Below are positions 1 to 8,972 of a stretch of 64,000 nucleotides of DNA, one piece after another (the first letter of the stretch is position 1; each line of letters begins with the position of its first letter). The stretch lies in contig CAVONJ010000004.1 in the NCBI GenBank assembly GCA_963697235.1, positions 48,781-112,780 of the forward strand. Reading direction: 5' to 3'. The stretch comes from an uncultured Planctomycetota bacterium (GTDB taxonomy: Bacteria; Planctomycetota; Phycisphaerae; Phycisphaerales; SM1A02). Both the position numbers and the translations under genes were made by a program. Under the pieces are notes generated by a model. It was given only the letters and a program-made list of their open reading frames with translations. It was not told the origin of the DNA and made no database searches.

Positions 1-540
1 CGCGGTCTCGCCAGCCTCGCCCTGTGCCTGCTCGTGGTGAGTCCGCTGGCCCTCAGCATGATCCGAGCTGATGCGAGCGTGCACCAGGGGTTTGCGGCCC
101 TTGCCATCGCTCTGCTGCTCCTGGTCCTTCCATCCCTCGGAACTGACTTCGGGCAGCCGGTGATCGTGCTGGCAGCGGCGGTGAAGCTGTGCGCCCGCCG
201 GGAGCGCCGGCGTGCCTGTGAGCTGGTACTCATCTATCCGCTGCTGTTCTTGTGCCTGCTAGCGACCAACGCTACGGTGGCGTGGAGCGCGTGGCGGGCC
301 GTTGTGTACAGCCGCCGCGAGCCTTTCTCGCCGACGCCGAAATCACTGGAGACGCCCGCGGGACAAGCGGCATGGCCGGCGCAAACGCTGATCGGTCTGG
401 CTTTCGCGATGGCGGCCTCGGTGAGCCTCGCGATGGCGCTGGTCCAGTCGGGCTTCGGGTGGCTGCTCGCCTGCCTCGCTGCCTACACGCTCGCAGGCGT
501 GGCCTCCCGGCGTGTCTGGAAGTCGACGAGCACCGGATAG
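1..540 (+). CDS. Hypothetical polytopic membrane protein, 5' end truncated by the window edge
   Basis: Frame 1 is open from nt 1. Product is hydrophobic with several predicted TM segments (LALCLLVV..., ALAIALLLLVLPSL..., LIYPLLFLCLLA..., LIGLAFAMAASVSLAMALV...). No recognisable family. Confidence 0.4.
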   Translation, partial: RGLASLALCLLVVSPLALSMIRADASVHQGFAALAIALLLLVLPSLGTDFGQPVIVLAAAVKLCARRERRRACELVLIYPLLFLCLLATNATVAWSAWRAVVYSRREPFSPTPKSLETPAGQAAWPAQTLIGLAFAMAASVSLAMALVQSGFGWLLACLAAYTLAGVASRRVWKSTSTG

Positions 541-606
541 ACGAGCACCGAATAGTGGTTGTGCGTCCTCCAGTCTTCAGGATGTCGCCGAACAGGAGAA
601 TCATTG

Positions 607-636
607 GCAAACATGGCAAACATCGGCAAACATGGC
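607..636. repeat. Three tandem copies of the decamer GCAAACATNG
   Basis: Read directly: ggcaaacatg gcaaacatcg gcaaacatgg. Lies in the convergent intergenic region 540..881. Confidence 0.6.
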
Positions 637-813
637 CACCCACCCCGGTTACACAAGGCGACGGGATTCGCGCGGCGTTGCACCGCAAGCTTCGGCCGCA
701 GTCAATAGAGACTGGACCTGTGAGTCAGCGGCGGTCGGTCAAGCAGAGACACAGAGAGTTCGCGACCGGATCTTCGGGCTCCCCGGTCCCAACCTCGAAT
801 CGATCTGTCCCCA

Positions 814-846
814 TTTGAAAAAGCCGGCCGCAGGAGTGCGGCCGGC
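814..846 (-). terminator. Intrinsic terminator for the minus-strand gene 881..1366
   Basis: Perfect 9-bp stem GCCGGCCGC / GCGGCCGGC with a 6-nt loop. On the minus strand it is followed by TTTTTCAAA. Confidence 0.6.
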
Positions 847-880
847 TCGGGGATTCCGTGAATCGATGAATCTGAATCGG

Positions 881-1366
881 TCAGGCAGCCCGGCTGTACT
901 TGCGGGTCGTGCCCTTGGTGCCGCTCATCTTGTACGAGCGCGTGCTCGTGCGGGTCTTGCGGGTCCTGCTGGTCGTCGTGCCGACGTTGCCCGTGAACTG
1001 CTTGCCGAAGAACTTCTTGCACCAGTTCATGAACATCTGCTGGCTGCCGCAGTTGTTGTTCATCTGGTCGGGCGTGCAGACGCCGGTGCAGACGCACCAG
1101 TCGACGAAGCACTGCCACATGTCGGTCTGGCACTTCTTCTGATCGGTGACCTTGCCCTTGACGCCGTCGCACGCCCAGTAGACCCACTGGCCGTTGAACT
1201 TCTGACGGTCGCAGAGGCCCGCCTTCCAGAGGGAGCTGAAGACGACCTGCGGGGTCTTGCCGGTCCGCTTGGCGATGTTCTGTACGACCATGCCGCAGGG
1301 CATGCCCTTCTTGGTGGCCGACTTGAACGACGTCGCGAAGGGTGACTTGAAATTGTTGATCGGCAT
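881..1366 (-). CDS. Small basic Cys/Trp-rich protein (161 aa) with a K/R/T-rich histone-H1-like C-terminal tail
   Basis: Strong RBS AGGAGAGATCGA then ATG (MPINNFKSPF...). The core carries about 10 Cys and 6 Trp (WACDGVKGKV...CQTDMWQCFVDWCVCTGVCTPDQMNNNCGSQQMFMNWCKKFF). The tail is TSRTRKTRTSTRSYKMSGTKGTTRKYSRAA. An intrinsic terminator lies downstream. No family recognised. Confidence 0.55.
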   Translation of the reverse strand: MPINNFKSPFATSFKSATKKGMPCGMVVQNIAKRTGKTPQVVFSSLWKAGLCDRQKFNGQWVYWACDGVKGKVTDQKKCQTDMWQCFVDWCVCTGVCTPDQMNNNCGSQQMFMNWCKKFFGKQFTGNVGTTTSRTRKTRTSTRSYKMSGTKGTTRKYSRAA

Positions 1367-1679
1367 TCGATCTCTCCTAATGCTTTGCCTGCGGCCCCTG
1401 GTGGGCCTCATGTTCCGACCGGCGCCATCGGCAGTGAAGCCGCACTCGCGCATCGGCCGACCAATAGTGACACCAGCGACACTCGCCGGCACAGGCGGAG
1501 TGATCGACCAATGCGACGCCTTGAATCAGAACGGGCAGAAGAAAAAAAGAAAAAATGGGTCGATCGGGTCGACTTTTCGTCAATTCCACGGATGCGAGAC
1601 GATCCGCGCGAGAACGCACCTTCGTCATCAGGCAGCCGTTGAGAAACTCGCGCGGGCGAGCAGTGCGGCGTCGACCGCG

Positions 1680-2993
1680 TCAGCCTGACGGTGTGTCCTC
1701 GTCCGGTGTTGTCGGCGTGAGCTGCAGCGGCAGCGTGTCGGCCTCGTACGCGTGCTCCCGCTTGCGCAGCACCTCGATGTGGTCAAGACGATCGTTCATC
1801 TGGAGCTGACGCGCCACGTCCATCCCTTCGATCACTCGGCCGAACGCGGTGAATCGGCCATCCCGCTCGGGCATGGGGCGCATGGTGATCAGGAAGAGGC
1901 AGCCCCCGGTGTCCGCGACCGGCCCGGAGATCATCGAGATCGTTCCCGTAAAGTGCCGGCGAGCATCATCTCCTCCGAACTCGTCGGGGATCCGATAGCC
2001 AGGATTCCGCGCCGCGGCTCGATCGCCCTCGCTGCGGGTGACGGGGTCGCCCGCCTCGACGGAGACACCCGGCTGAACCCTTCCGATCTTCGTCGAGTCG
2101 TAGAAGCCCTGCTCGGCGAGCGTGATGAAGTTGGCCACCGTGTTGGGCGCCTGATCCTCATAGAGCTCCAGGACGATTGGTCCGCGATCGGTCACGATCT
2201 CGACGCGAGGAAGATCGTCCGCTTTCGCCTCGGCGGCGCGCAGCTCCTCCTCCGCGGCCCACTGGACGATCGCTTGCTCGATCTGACCCTTGAACAGATC
2301 GACCCGGGCCTTGAGGGACGGGCTCTCGATGAAGGCGGATTCGGGAATCGCATTCAGCGTCTCGAGCGCCGCTGCGAACTGGTGGGCGGCCGCCTGGCAC
2401 TCCGCCATTGCATACGCAGTGTCCGGCGCGTCCGCCGGCTGGAACCCGCTGGCCTCGAAGAGCTCGAGCGCCTCGTCGTACCGTCCGATCGATCGGAGGA
2501 ATCGCGCCCAGTCGAGCTTCAGCTGCTTGTTCTCGGGGTGTTCGGCAATCAGTGTCTCGTAGGCTCGGTTGACCGCATCGGGATCGCCCTTGCCACGGAC
2601 GTGGTCGAGCCACGCCTGCACGAACTTCTGATCACCGTCCGTGGCCGCAATCAGCCGCTGATACGCCGCTTCGACCTGCTTCTCCTCCTGGAGCCAGCTC
2701 GAGAGTTGCAGGTCCAGCGCCAGCAGATTGCGGTCTCCCGGTCGCTCCGCCAGCTCCGCCTGGACCCGCTCGCGGAAGCGGAGGATGATGGGCCGATCGG
2801 CCTCCCGGATGCCGCCACTGTTCCGCAAGGAGTTGTACAGATTGTTGAAATCGCTCAGCAGGTCCTGGATCGCCGGATCGGTGGGCGCCGCGACCTGGTC
2901 TTCAGTGGTCGGGCCGGCTTGCCGAGCCAACGAGAGCGAAGCAACGGCCAGAACGAGCAGCAGGGCCAGCGCGGCGGAGAATCTTTGACTCAC
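1680..2993 (-). CDS. Secreted TPR-like domain fused to a cyclophilin-type peptidyl-prolyl cis-trans isomerase
   Basis: GTG start preceded by AAGGAG. Signal peptide VSQRFSAALALLLVLAVASLSLA. C-terminal cyclophilin fold (VEIVTDRGPIVLELYEDQAPNTVANFITLAEQGFYD...FGRVIEGMDV). The listed 948-aa ORF is an artefactual read-through into the upstream gene. Confidence 0.75.
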   Translation of the reverse strand: MSQRFSAALALLLVLAVASLSLARQAGPTTEDQVAAPTDPAIQDLLSDFNNLYNSLRNSGGIREADRPIILRFRERVQAELAERPGDRNLLALDLQLSSWLQEEKQVEAAYQRLIAATDGDQKFVQAWLDHVRGKGDPDAVNRAYETLIAEHPENKQLKLDWARFLRSIGRYDEALELFEASGFQPADAPDTAYAMAECQAAAHQFAAALETLNAIPESAFIESPSLKARVDLFKGQIEQAIVQWAAEEELRAAEAKADDLPRVEIVTDRGPIVLELYEDQAPNTVANFITLAEQGFYDSTKIGRVQPGVSVEAGDPVTRSEGDRAAARNPGYRIPDEFGGDDARRHFTGTISMISGPVADTGGCLFLITMRPMPERDGRFTAFGRVIEGMDVARQLQMNDRLDHIEVLRKREHAYEADTLPLQLTPTTPDEDTPSG

Positions 2994-3052
2994 GGGGGTG
3001 CTCCTTGGCCCGGGAATCCGGGACGTGCGTAGCGTAGCAAGCGATCGCCCGA

Positions 3053-3859
3053 TCAGCCGGGCTGGTACGTGCAGCTGGTCTTCTCCGTCTCCCACACGGT
3101 GACCCGGATCAGCTCGCCCCCCGCACGCTCGATCGGCGTCTGGAGCAGATCGAAGCAGACCTTGGCGATCTGCTCCACCGACGAGAATGCCCTGGCGAAC
3201 TCCGCCGTGTCCAGGTTGAGGTGCGTGTGATCGAAGCGATTGACGACCCGCTCGTTCACGATCCGTTCCAGCTCGGGTAGCCCGATGACCGGCGACTTGG
3301 GGCTCTCGTCTACCGGACGTGCGACCACCACCTCCAGCTGGTAGTTGTGGCCGTGTCCGTGTGGATTGTTGCATTTGCCGTAGACGCGGAGATTCTCCTC
3401 GTCGCTGAGATCGGGATTGTGCAGGCGGTGGGCCGCCGCGAATTCGAAGACCTGACTGATCTCGACCCGGTCCATTGTTCGAGTCTCCATCGTGACGCCG
3501 TAGAAAGGAGTCAGCTTCCAGGTGAGGGAGCCGACCGTGCCGTGCAGCGCTTCCTGCAGCTTGGGAAGAACATCCCGGAGCACCTGGCCCGGACTCACGG
3601 AAGTCCGCTCGCGGACGACTCGGGAGATCACCGGCAGGGCCTGCTCGCGCACCGCCTTGTCGAGCACGCTGATGTTCGCGATGAAGCCGCTGCTCGGATC
3701 GGCCTCGCCCCGGCATCGGACGATCAGCTCGTAGTACGCTCCGATGCCAAGCATCGTGGGCCAGCCGGCGAACGTGTTGAACCGCCCCATGCCGCTCTGG
3801 GTCGCCTCGTCGACGGTCGGGCTGACGCAGAATCGCACGCGACGAGAGATCTCGAGCAT
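3053..3859 (-). CDS. Two-domain (long-form) 6-pyruvoyl-tetrahydropterin synthase / QueD-family protein
   Basis: Starts MLEISRRVRFCV. C-terminal half carries the C-x5-HGH zinc motif (GKCNNPHGHGHNY) after EFAAAHRL. The N-terminal half repeats the fold (268 aa). Confidence 0.7.
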   Translation of the reverse strand: MLEISRRVRFCVSPTVDEATQSGMGRFNTFAGWPTMLGIGAYYELIVRCRGEADPSSGFIANISVLDKAVREQALPVISRVVRERTSVSPGQVLRDVLPKLQEALHGTVGSLTWKLTPFYGVTMETRTMDRVEISQVFEFAAAHRLHNPDLSDEENLRVYGKCNNPHGHGHNYQLEVVVARPVDESPKSPVIGLPELERIVNERVVNRFDHTHLNLDTAEFARAFSSVEQIAKVCFDLLQTPIERAGGELIRVTVWETEKTSCTYQPG

Positions 3860-4010
3860 GGGCGGAATCCGGTGCCTCTGCGCCTGGCGGTGAGCAATCA
3901 CGCCACGTTGGAATGACCGCGGCCGGACGGAGGGGCGGTATCGTATCCGCGCCAACCGTGCGGGTCGGCCGCGCTGCCAGCGCGTCCCTTCCGACCTGGA
4001 GATGCGTTCC

Positions 4011-4795
4011 ATGACCACCGCTCGACTGTTCACTCTCGCCGGTTTCGCGGCCATGCTGCTGACTGCTGCAGGCTGTCGGTCCGACTCCAGGTCGCCGATC
4101 GCGACCGACGCCAGAGCCGATTGAGTCTCCGGCTATCGACCAGCGCTTCGGCCGCGGGGACGGCAGCGGCCGGTCCTGCGCGTGGTGGAGCCAGCACCAG
4201 GAATCCGCGTGCTGCTCGACGTACCGGCGGTCGAAGTGGATGCCGTCACGTGCCTCGACACGGGCTGGCTGGAGCAGGTCGGCTGCTCGCCGGGGACCCG
4301 TGAGCACGAGTCGCTCCTGACGATCGCGGCGCGGCCCAGCGACATTCACGCCGCCCTGCTGCTCGCCGGATTCCAGAGCGGCGCCCCGGGCGAATGGCGA
4401 TACGACGAGAACGGATATGGCTACCAGCCGCCCACGGGCGAGGCGTTGGAGCTCTTCGTGCGCTACCAGCGAGAGGATGGCGAAGTGATCACGGAGCCGG
4501 TGCGCCGATGGATCGTCGATGATCACGGTGGGGGACCGCTGCCCCCGCGCCCTGGGTCTTCGGCGGCTCCGAGCTGCGGCCCAACCCGCCGGGCATGGGA
4601 GAGGGCGAGCACTACGTCGCTGACTACTCCGGCTCGATCATCGGCCTGGTCACCTTCGGCGATGAGGTGATCGGATTCTCCGAGGTCATTGCGGACCAGG
4701 CGGCCGTGCAGGAGCCGGAGTGGATCGTCGACACCGACCGCGTGCCGCCGATCGGAACCGAGGTGACGGTGGTGATCCGCCGCTTCACTCAGTAG
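4011..4795 (+). CDS. Hypothetical lipoprotein, reading frame interrupted (in-frame TGA at 4122 and a frameshift near 4520-4545)
   Basis: N-terminus MTTARLFTLAGFAAMLLTAAGC has a lipobox. The body continues as ...VLLDVPAVEVDAVTCLDTGWLEQVGC...WRYDENGYGYQPP.... It shifts frame at a GGGGG/CCCCC run into ...WVFGGSELRPNPPGMGEGEHYVADYSGSIIGLVTFGDEV...RRFTQ*. Confidence 0.4.
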
Positions 4796-5293
4796 GGACT
4801 GGTCGGTGAGACGGTGGACCGGCCTGTCTGCAGACGCCTGGCGGCGCAGAGGGCGATGGCGATGGCGTCGGCGACGTCCGGCGGATGGGGCAGGGTGGTC
4901 AGACCGCACTGGCTCATCACCGACAGCTGCATCTGCTGCTTCGTGGCGTGGCCGTTGCCGGCGATGGCCTTCTTCACCTCGGTCGCGGCGAGCTCGTCGG
5001 TCTCGATGCCGCGGCGCTGCGCTGCGAGCAGGACGACGCCCCGGGCGTGACCCATCAGGATCGATGTTCGCACGTGGCGATAGTGCGAGAAGATCTTCTC
5101 GACGACGACCAGGTCCGGAGCAAGCTCCTCCAGCACGCTCTCGAGATCTTCGAAGAGCTGTCCGAGCCGGCGCTCATCGGCAGCGCTGGAGAGAGCCTCA
5201 GGACCCCGCCCTCGACGAGGACCGGATCACACTGATCGGGCTCCCGATCGACGCAGCCGTATCCCGTGAGCCGCAGGCCAGGATCGATGCCGA
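4789..5293 (-). CDS. ruvC: Crossover junction endodeoxyribonuclease RuvC (one frameshift near 5150-5190)
   Basis: RBS AGGAGG then GTG. N-terminus [20 protein letters not shown]-terminal part in another frame: [69 protein letters not shown]. Length 505 nt is not a multiple of 3. Confidence 0.8.
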
Positions 5294-5410
5294 CGATCCG
5301 CACGATGAACCCTCCTGGTTCGGATCCGCGTCCTGCTCCGTCGCACCGTGCCCCCAGCGCACCGCCAGGCACGACACGGGCGGCGCTGGGGCCCAGGATA
5401 GCGTCGATCC

Positions 5411-6107
5411 TCACGCGTGCGCGTAGGTGTCCGACTCGACGAGCCCGTCGCGGAGTCGAACGATCCGCTGGCACCGCTCGGCGACATGGTCGTCGTGGGT
5501 CACCATGATGATCGTCATGCCGCCCTCGTGCAGTTGCGAAAAGAGTTCGAGGACGCCCTGACCGGTCTTCGAGTCGAGGTTTCCGGTCGGCTCGTCGGCC
5601 AGGATGATGGCCGGATCGTTCGCGAGGGATCGGGCGATCGCGACCCGCTGCTGCTGGCCGCCGGAGAGCTCCGAGGGTCGGTGCGTGAGGCGATCGCCGA
5701 GACCGACCTGCTCGAGGCGCGCGATCGCTCGATCGCGTCGCTCCTGTTTGGGGACGCCCTGGTAGAAGAGCGGCACCTCGACGTTCTCGCACGATGTTCA
5801 GCTCGCTGATCAGGTTGAACGCCTGGAAGATGAAGCCGATCTTCTGACCGCGGACCCGGCTCAGCTCGTCGTCGGCCATCTGCGCCACGTTCTTGCCGTC
5901 GAGCAGGTAGTCACCGCCGGTCGGACGATCGAGACATCCCAGGAGGTTCATCAGCGTGCTCTTGCCCGAGCCGGAGGCGCCCATGATGGCGACGTATTCG
6001 CCGCCTCGATGGTCAGATCGACGCCGCGCAGCGCGTGGACGAGCACCGACCCGTCGGGCTTGAAGTAGGTCCGGGTGATGCCGCGCAGCTCGACGACCGG
6101 CACGCGG
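5411..6107 (-). CDS. ABC transporter ATP-binding protein (MacB/LolD/FtsE-like), frameshifts near 5790 and 6000
   Basis: [46 protein letters not shown] (Walker A). The [15 protein letters not shown] signature, [11 protein letters not shown] (Walker B) and H-loop VTHD are present. No permease gene is adjacent. Confidence 0.75.
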
Positions 6108-6200
6108 GGGCTTGCTGGCGGATCGCGTCGGTCAGGCGGTGGTGCTCGTCGAGGTCATGGGTCAAGCCGAAGGGCCAATGGGATCACGGGCGGAAGACCG

Positions 6201-7824
6201 ATGCAGCCGTACCGCACGGCGATCGAGGCGATCGATGAAGGGTACGCTGGGCCAGTCATGACCATGCCTGATCGTCACGGCTTCCACTCCCTGGCCCGCG
6301 AGGGCAATGCGGTCGTCCTGCGCCGCCGCCTCATGAGCGACCAGCTCACGCCGGTCCTCGCCTACCGCCGTCTGGTCGAGCCCGACGAGCGGACGGCTCC
6401 GAGCTTCCTGTTGGAATCCGTCGAGACCGGAGGAACAGTCGGGCGCTTCTCGTACCTCGGCGCTCAGCCGGATCTGGAGCTTCTGGCCACGCGGCCCATC
6501 GGTCACGATCATCGACCATCGCACCGGCGAGCGTCTCGAGCGGACGGAGCTCGATCCCCTGTCCTTGCCCCGCTCGCTCACCGGTCGTGGCGGATCGCGG
6601 CGCCGCACGGCGGGGACGGCGCCGGTGCCGCGATTCTCCGGCGGATGGGTCGGCTACGCCGGGTACGACACGATGCGCTACCTCGAGCCGGAGAAGCTGC
6701 CGTTCTCCGCGGCGCCGCCCGACGATCGCGGCCTGCCCGATCTTCACTTCGGGCTCTACCGACAGGTCGTCGTCTTCGACCACGTCGAGAAGATGCTGTC
6801 CGTCTTCGCGCACGTCGTGCTCGACGAGCACGCGTCGGTCGACGCCGCGTACGACGCGGGCTGCGCCGAGCTGGACGAGTTCGGCACAGCGCCTCCAGCG
6901 CCGCAGCAGTCGCTGCCCGCGGGCGAGATCGACCTGGATCTCGCCGCGCTGCCCGCGGCGGCGCTCGAGAGCAACTTCGAGCGCGGCGGCGTTCGAGGCC
7001 GCGGTGCGGTCGCGCGAAGGAGTACATCGCTGCGGGCGACGCGTTCCAGATCGTGCTCAGCCAGCGCTTCCAGCGGATCACCGCGGCCGATCCGTTCGAC
7101 ATCTACCGGGCGCTGCGCATCGTCAATCCCAGCCCGTACATGATCTACCTGCAGGCGCGAGGCTCGATCCTCGTGGCGTCGAGCCCCGAGATCCTCTGCC
7201 GCACGCAGGGGCGGCAGGTCACGAACCGACCGCTGGCCGGCACGCGGCCTCGCGGGAGCACCGCCGCCGGCGGACGAGGCGCTGGCCGCAGAGCTGCTCG
7301 AAGATCCCAAGGAGCGGGCCGAGCACGTGATGCTCGTCGATCTGGGGCGCAACGACCTCGGCCGCGTGTGCGAGCGGGGATCGATTCGGCTGCCGCGCGT
7401 GCTCGACGTCGAGCGCTACAGCCACGTGATGCACCTCAGCTCGACGGTGATCGGCACGCCTCCGCGACGGTCTGGACAGCTGGGACGCGCTGCGGGCCAC
7501 GCTGCCGGTGGGCACGGTGAGCGGCGCGCCGAAGATCCGGGCGATGCAGATCATCGACGAGCTGGAGCCGACGCGGCGCGGGCCGTACGCCGGCGGCATC
7601 GGCGTGGTCGGCCTCGGCGGCGACATGGACATCGCCCTCGCCCTGCGGACGATGGTCATTCCCGACCGCGCTGCGGCGCGGCGGCCGGTGGACCGTCCAC
7701 CTGCAGGCCGGCGCCGGCATCGTCGCCGACTCCGTGCCCGCCGCGGAGTATCGAGGAGACGGTGAACAAGGCCGCGGCCCTCGGCCGAGCGATCGATCTG
7801 GGCGAGATGATCGGGGCGAGATGA
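6201..7824 (+). CDS. trpE: Anthranilate synthase component I, at least 5 frameshifts
   Basis: [11 protein letters not shown]...[11 protein letters not shown]...[12 protein letters not shown]...[18 protein letters not shown]...[10 protein letters not shown]...SSPEILCR...[10 protein letters not shown]...[16 protein letters not shown]...[12 protein letters not shown]...[32 protein letters not shown]...[11 protein letters not shown], distributed over three frames. Confidence 0.8.
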
Positions 7825-7860
7825 TTGCGGCCAGGCCGCCGGCACCCGCAAGGCGGCGGC

Positions 7861-8700
7861 TCACCCGTCGATCGCTTCTTCGAGCACTTCGTCGCGCAGC
7901 GCCTGATCGCGCTCCGCCGCGCCCGCCAGGTGCAGCAGACCGACCACGGCGAACCCGGCGGCGACCGCCCAGCAGAGCATCCCCACGGCGAAGAGCACCA
8001 CCTGAACCACCTGGGCGGATCGACTGATGACGCCGCCGAAGACGAACAGGAGCAGCAGCTGGCCCAGGAGACGTGACCGCGCCGCCCCAATCAGCAGCCG
8101 CTGGATGATGAACTCGCGGCGGATGAAGAACTGGCCGAGCAGTTCGGCCAGCAGCGGCACCGAACCACCCGACCGACAGCGCGGTCGCGAGAGCGGCCGC
8201 CAGCCAAATGACCGAGGAGAGAAAGGCAAGCTGCGCCAGGATCACCGTCCACTGGTTCACGAGGTCCAGGAAGACCAGGACGGGGAGCACACCGAGAGGG
8301 CCAGTTCGAAGAGCGAGAGGAACCAGAGCGCCGCCAGCGGGCGACCGACCGTCGGGCTGTGTTCCAGGCCCGCGAAGTACCGAAGCTCCGCCACGGCGAG
8401 CGCCCGGAAGATGCACGCGACCACCAGCACCGCCAGTCCCAGCCAGAGCAGTCCAAGGCTGGACGTGAGAATCGCCGGGATCAGCGGCAGAAGGCCCAGC
8501 AGCCCGACGTAGCTCCACGCGAGCGTGCGAAGGGCGCCGGCGGTCTCGACTGGACGCTTGAGGCGGGAGAGGGAGCCTTCGATCGCGAGGTTGCACTCCG
8601 GACAGCGGGCGCTGGCTAGAAGACCTCGCAGGTTGTAGCCGCATCCCACACAGTGCAGATCGCTGATGATCAGGGCGTTCCGCGCGGGGAGCGGCGGGCC
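7861..8700 (-). CDS. Zinc-ribbon (CxxC...CxxC) N-terminal domain fused to a polytopic membrane protein; internal stop at 8257-8259 and frameshifts
   Basis: DLHCVGCGYNLRGLLASARCPECNLAIEG is followed by hydrophobic segments (LAWSYVGLLGLLPLIPAILTSSLGLLWLGLAVLVVAC...; LLLFVFGGVI...VVLFAVGMLCWAVAAGFAVVGLLHLAG). Start and exact structure are uncertain. Confidence 0.3.
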
Positions 8701-8756
8701 AGCAGGTCCGTCCAGTGCATGGCTGATCGTACCGGCGGCGCGCCGCCGCCCGGCTA

Positions 8757-8925
8757 GTGCTAGTGGTGTGACTCAGAAGTTCGTTGACATATCGGCGCGA
8801 CATCGACGTTGCTGGCAAGGCGCCGTGACGACGGCATACTTCTGGTATTCGAAGGAGCGGCAACACAGCCAGCGGCGTCGAGGGCCGGCGAGAGGTAATG
8901 AACTTCTGAGTCAGACCACTAGGTC
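8757..8925. mobile_element. MITE-like element, copy 1 (~165 bp, 21-bp terminal inverted repeats)
   Basis: Termini tagtggtGtgactcagaagtt and aacttctgagtcagaCcactag are reverse complements with one mismatch. Outer CTAG at both ends. No ORF inside. The second copy is at 44813..44975. Confidence 0.55.
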
Positions 8926-8972
8926 AAGGCGCTCCGCGACTTCCCACCTGGGTCATCTCCGCGATGAGCTGC

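Noticed and set aside
540-881. tRNA or other structured RNA genes in the larger intergenic regions (also 1366-1680, 8660-8973, 26406-27097, 28385-28910, 61635-62070)
   Set aside because: No cloverleaf-compatible segments with GTTCGAATC-like T-arm found by eye; cannot exclude without a tRNA or covariance-model scan.
1752-3032. 426-aa plus-strand ORF antisense to the PPIase gene
   Set aside because: R/G/A-rich low-complexity translation, no motif and no RBS; a typical antisense ORF in high-GC DNA.
1680-4526. 948-aa minus-strand ORF presented as a single protein
   Set aside because: It is a composite: PPIase-TPR gene (1680-2993) plus a spurious high-GC read-through that overlaps the PTPS gene in another frame. 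A clear RBS, GTG start and signal peptide mark the true start at 2993.
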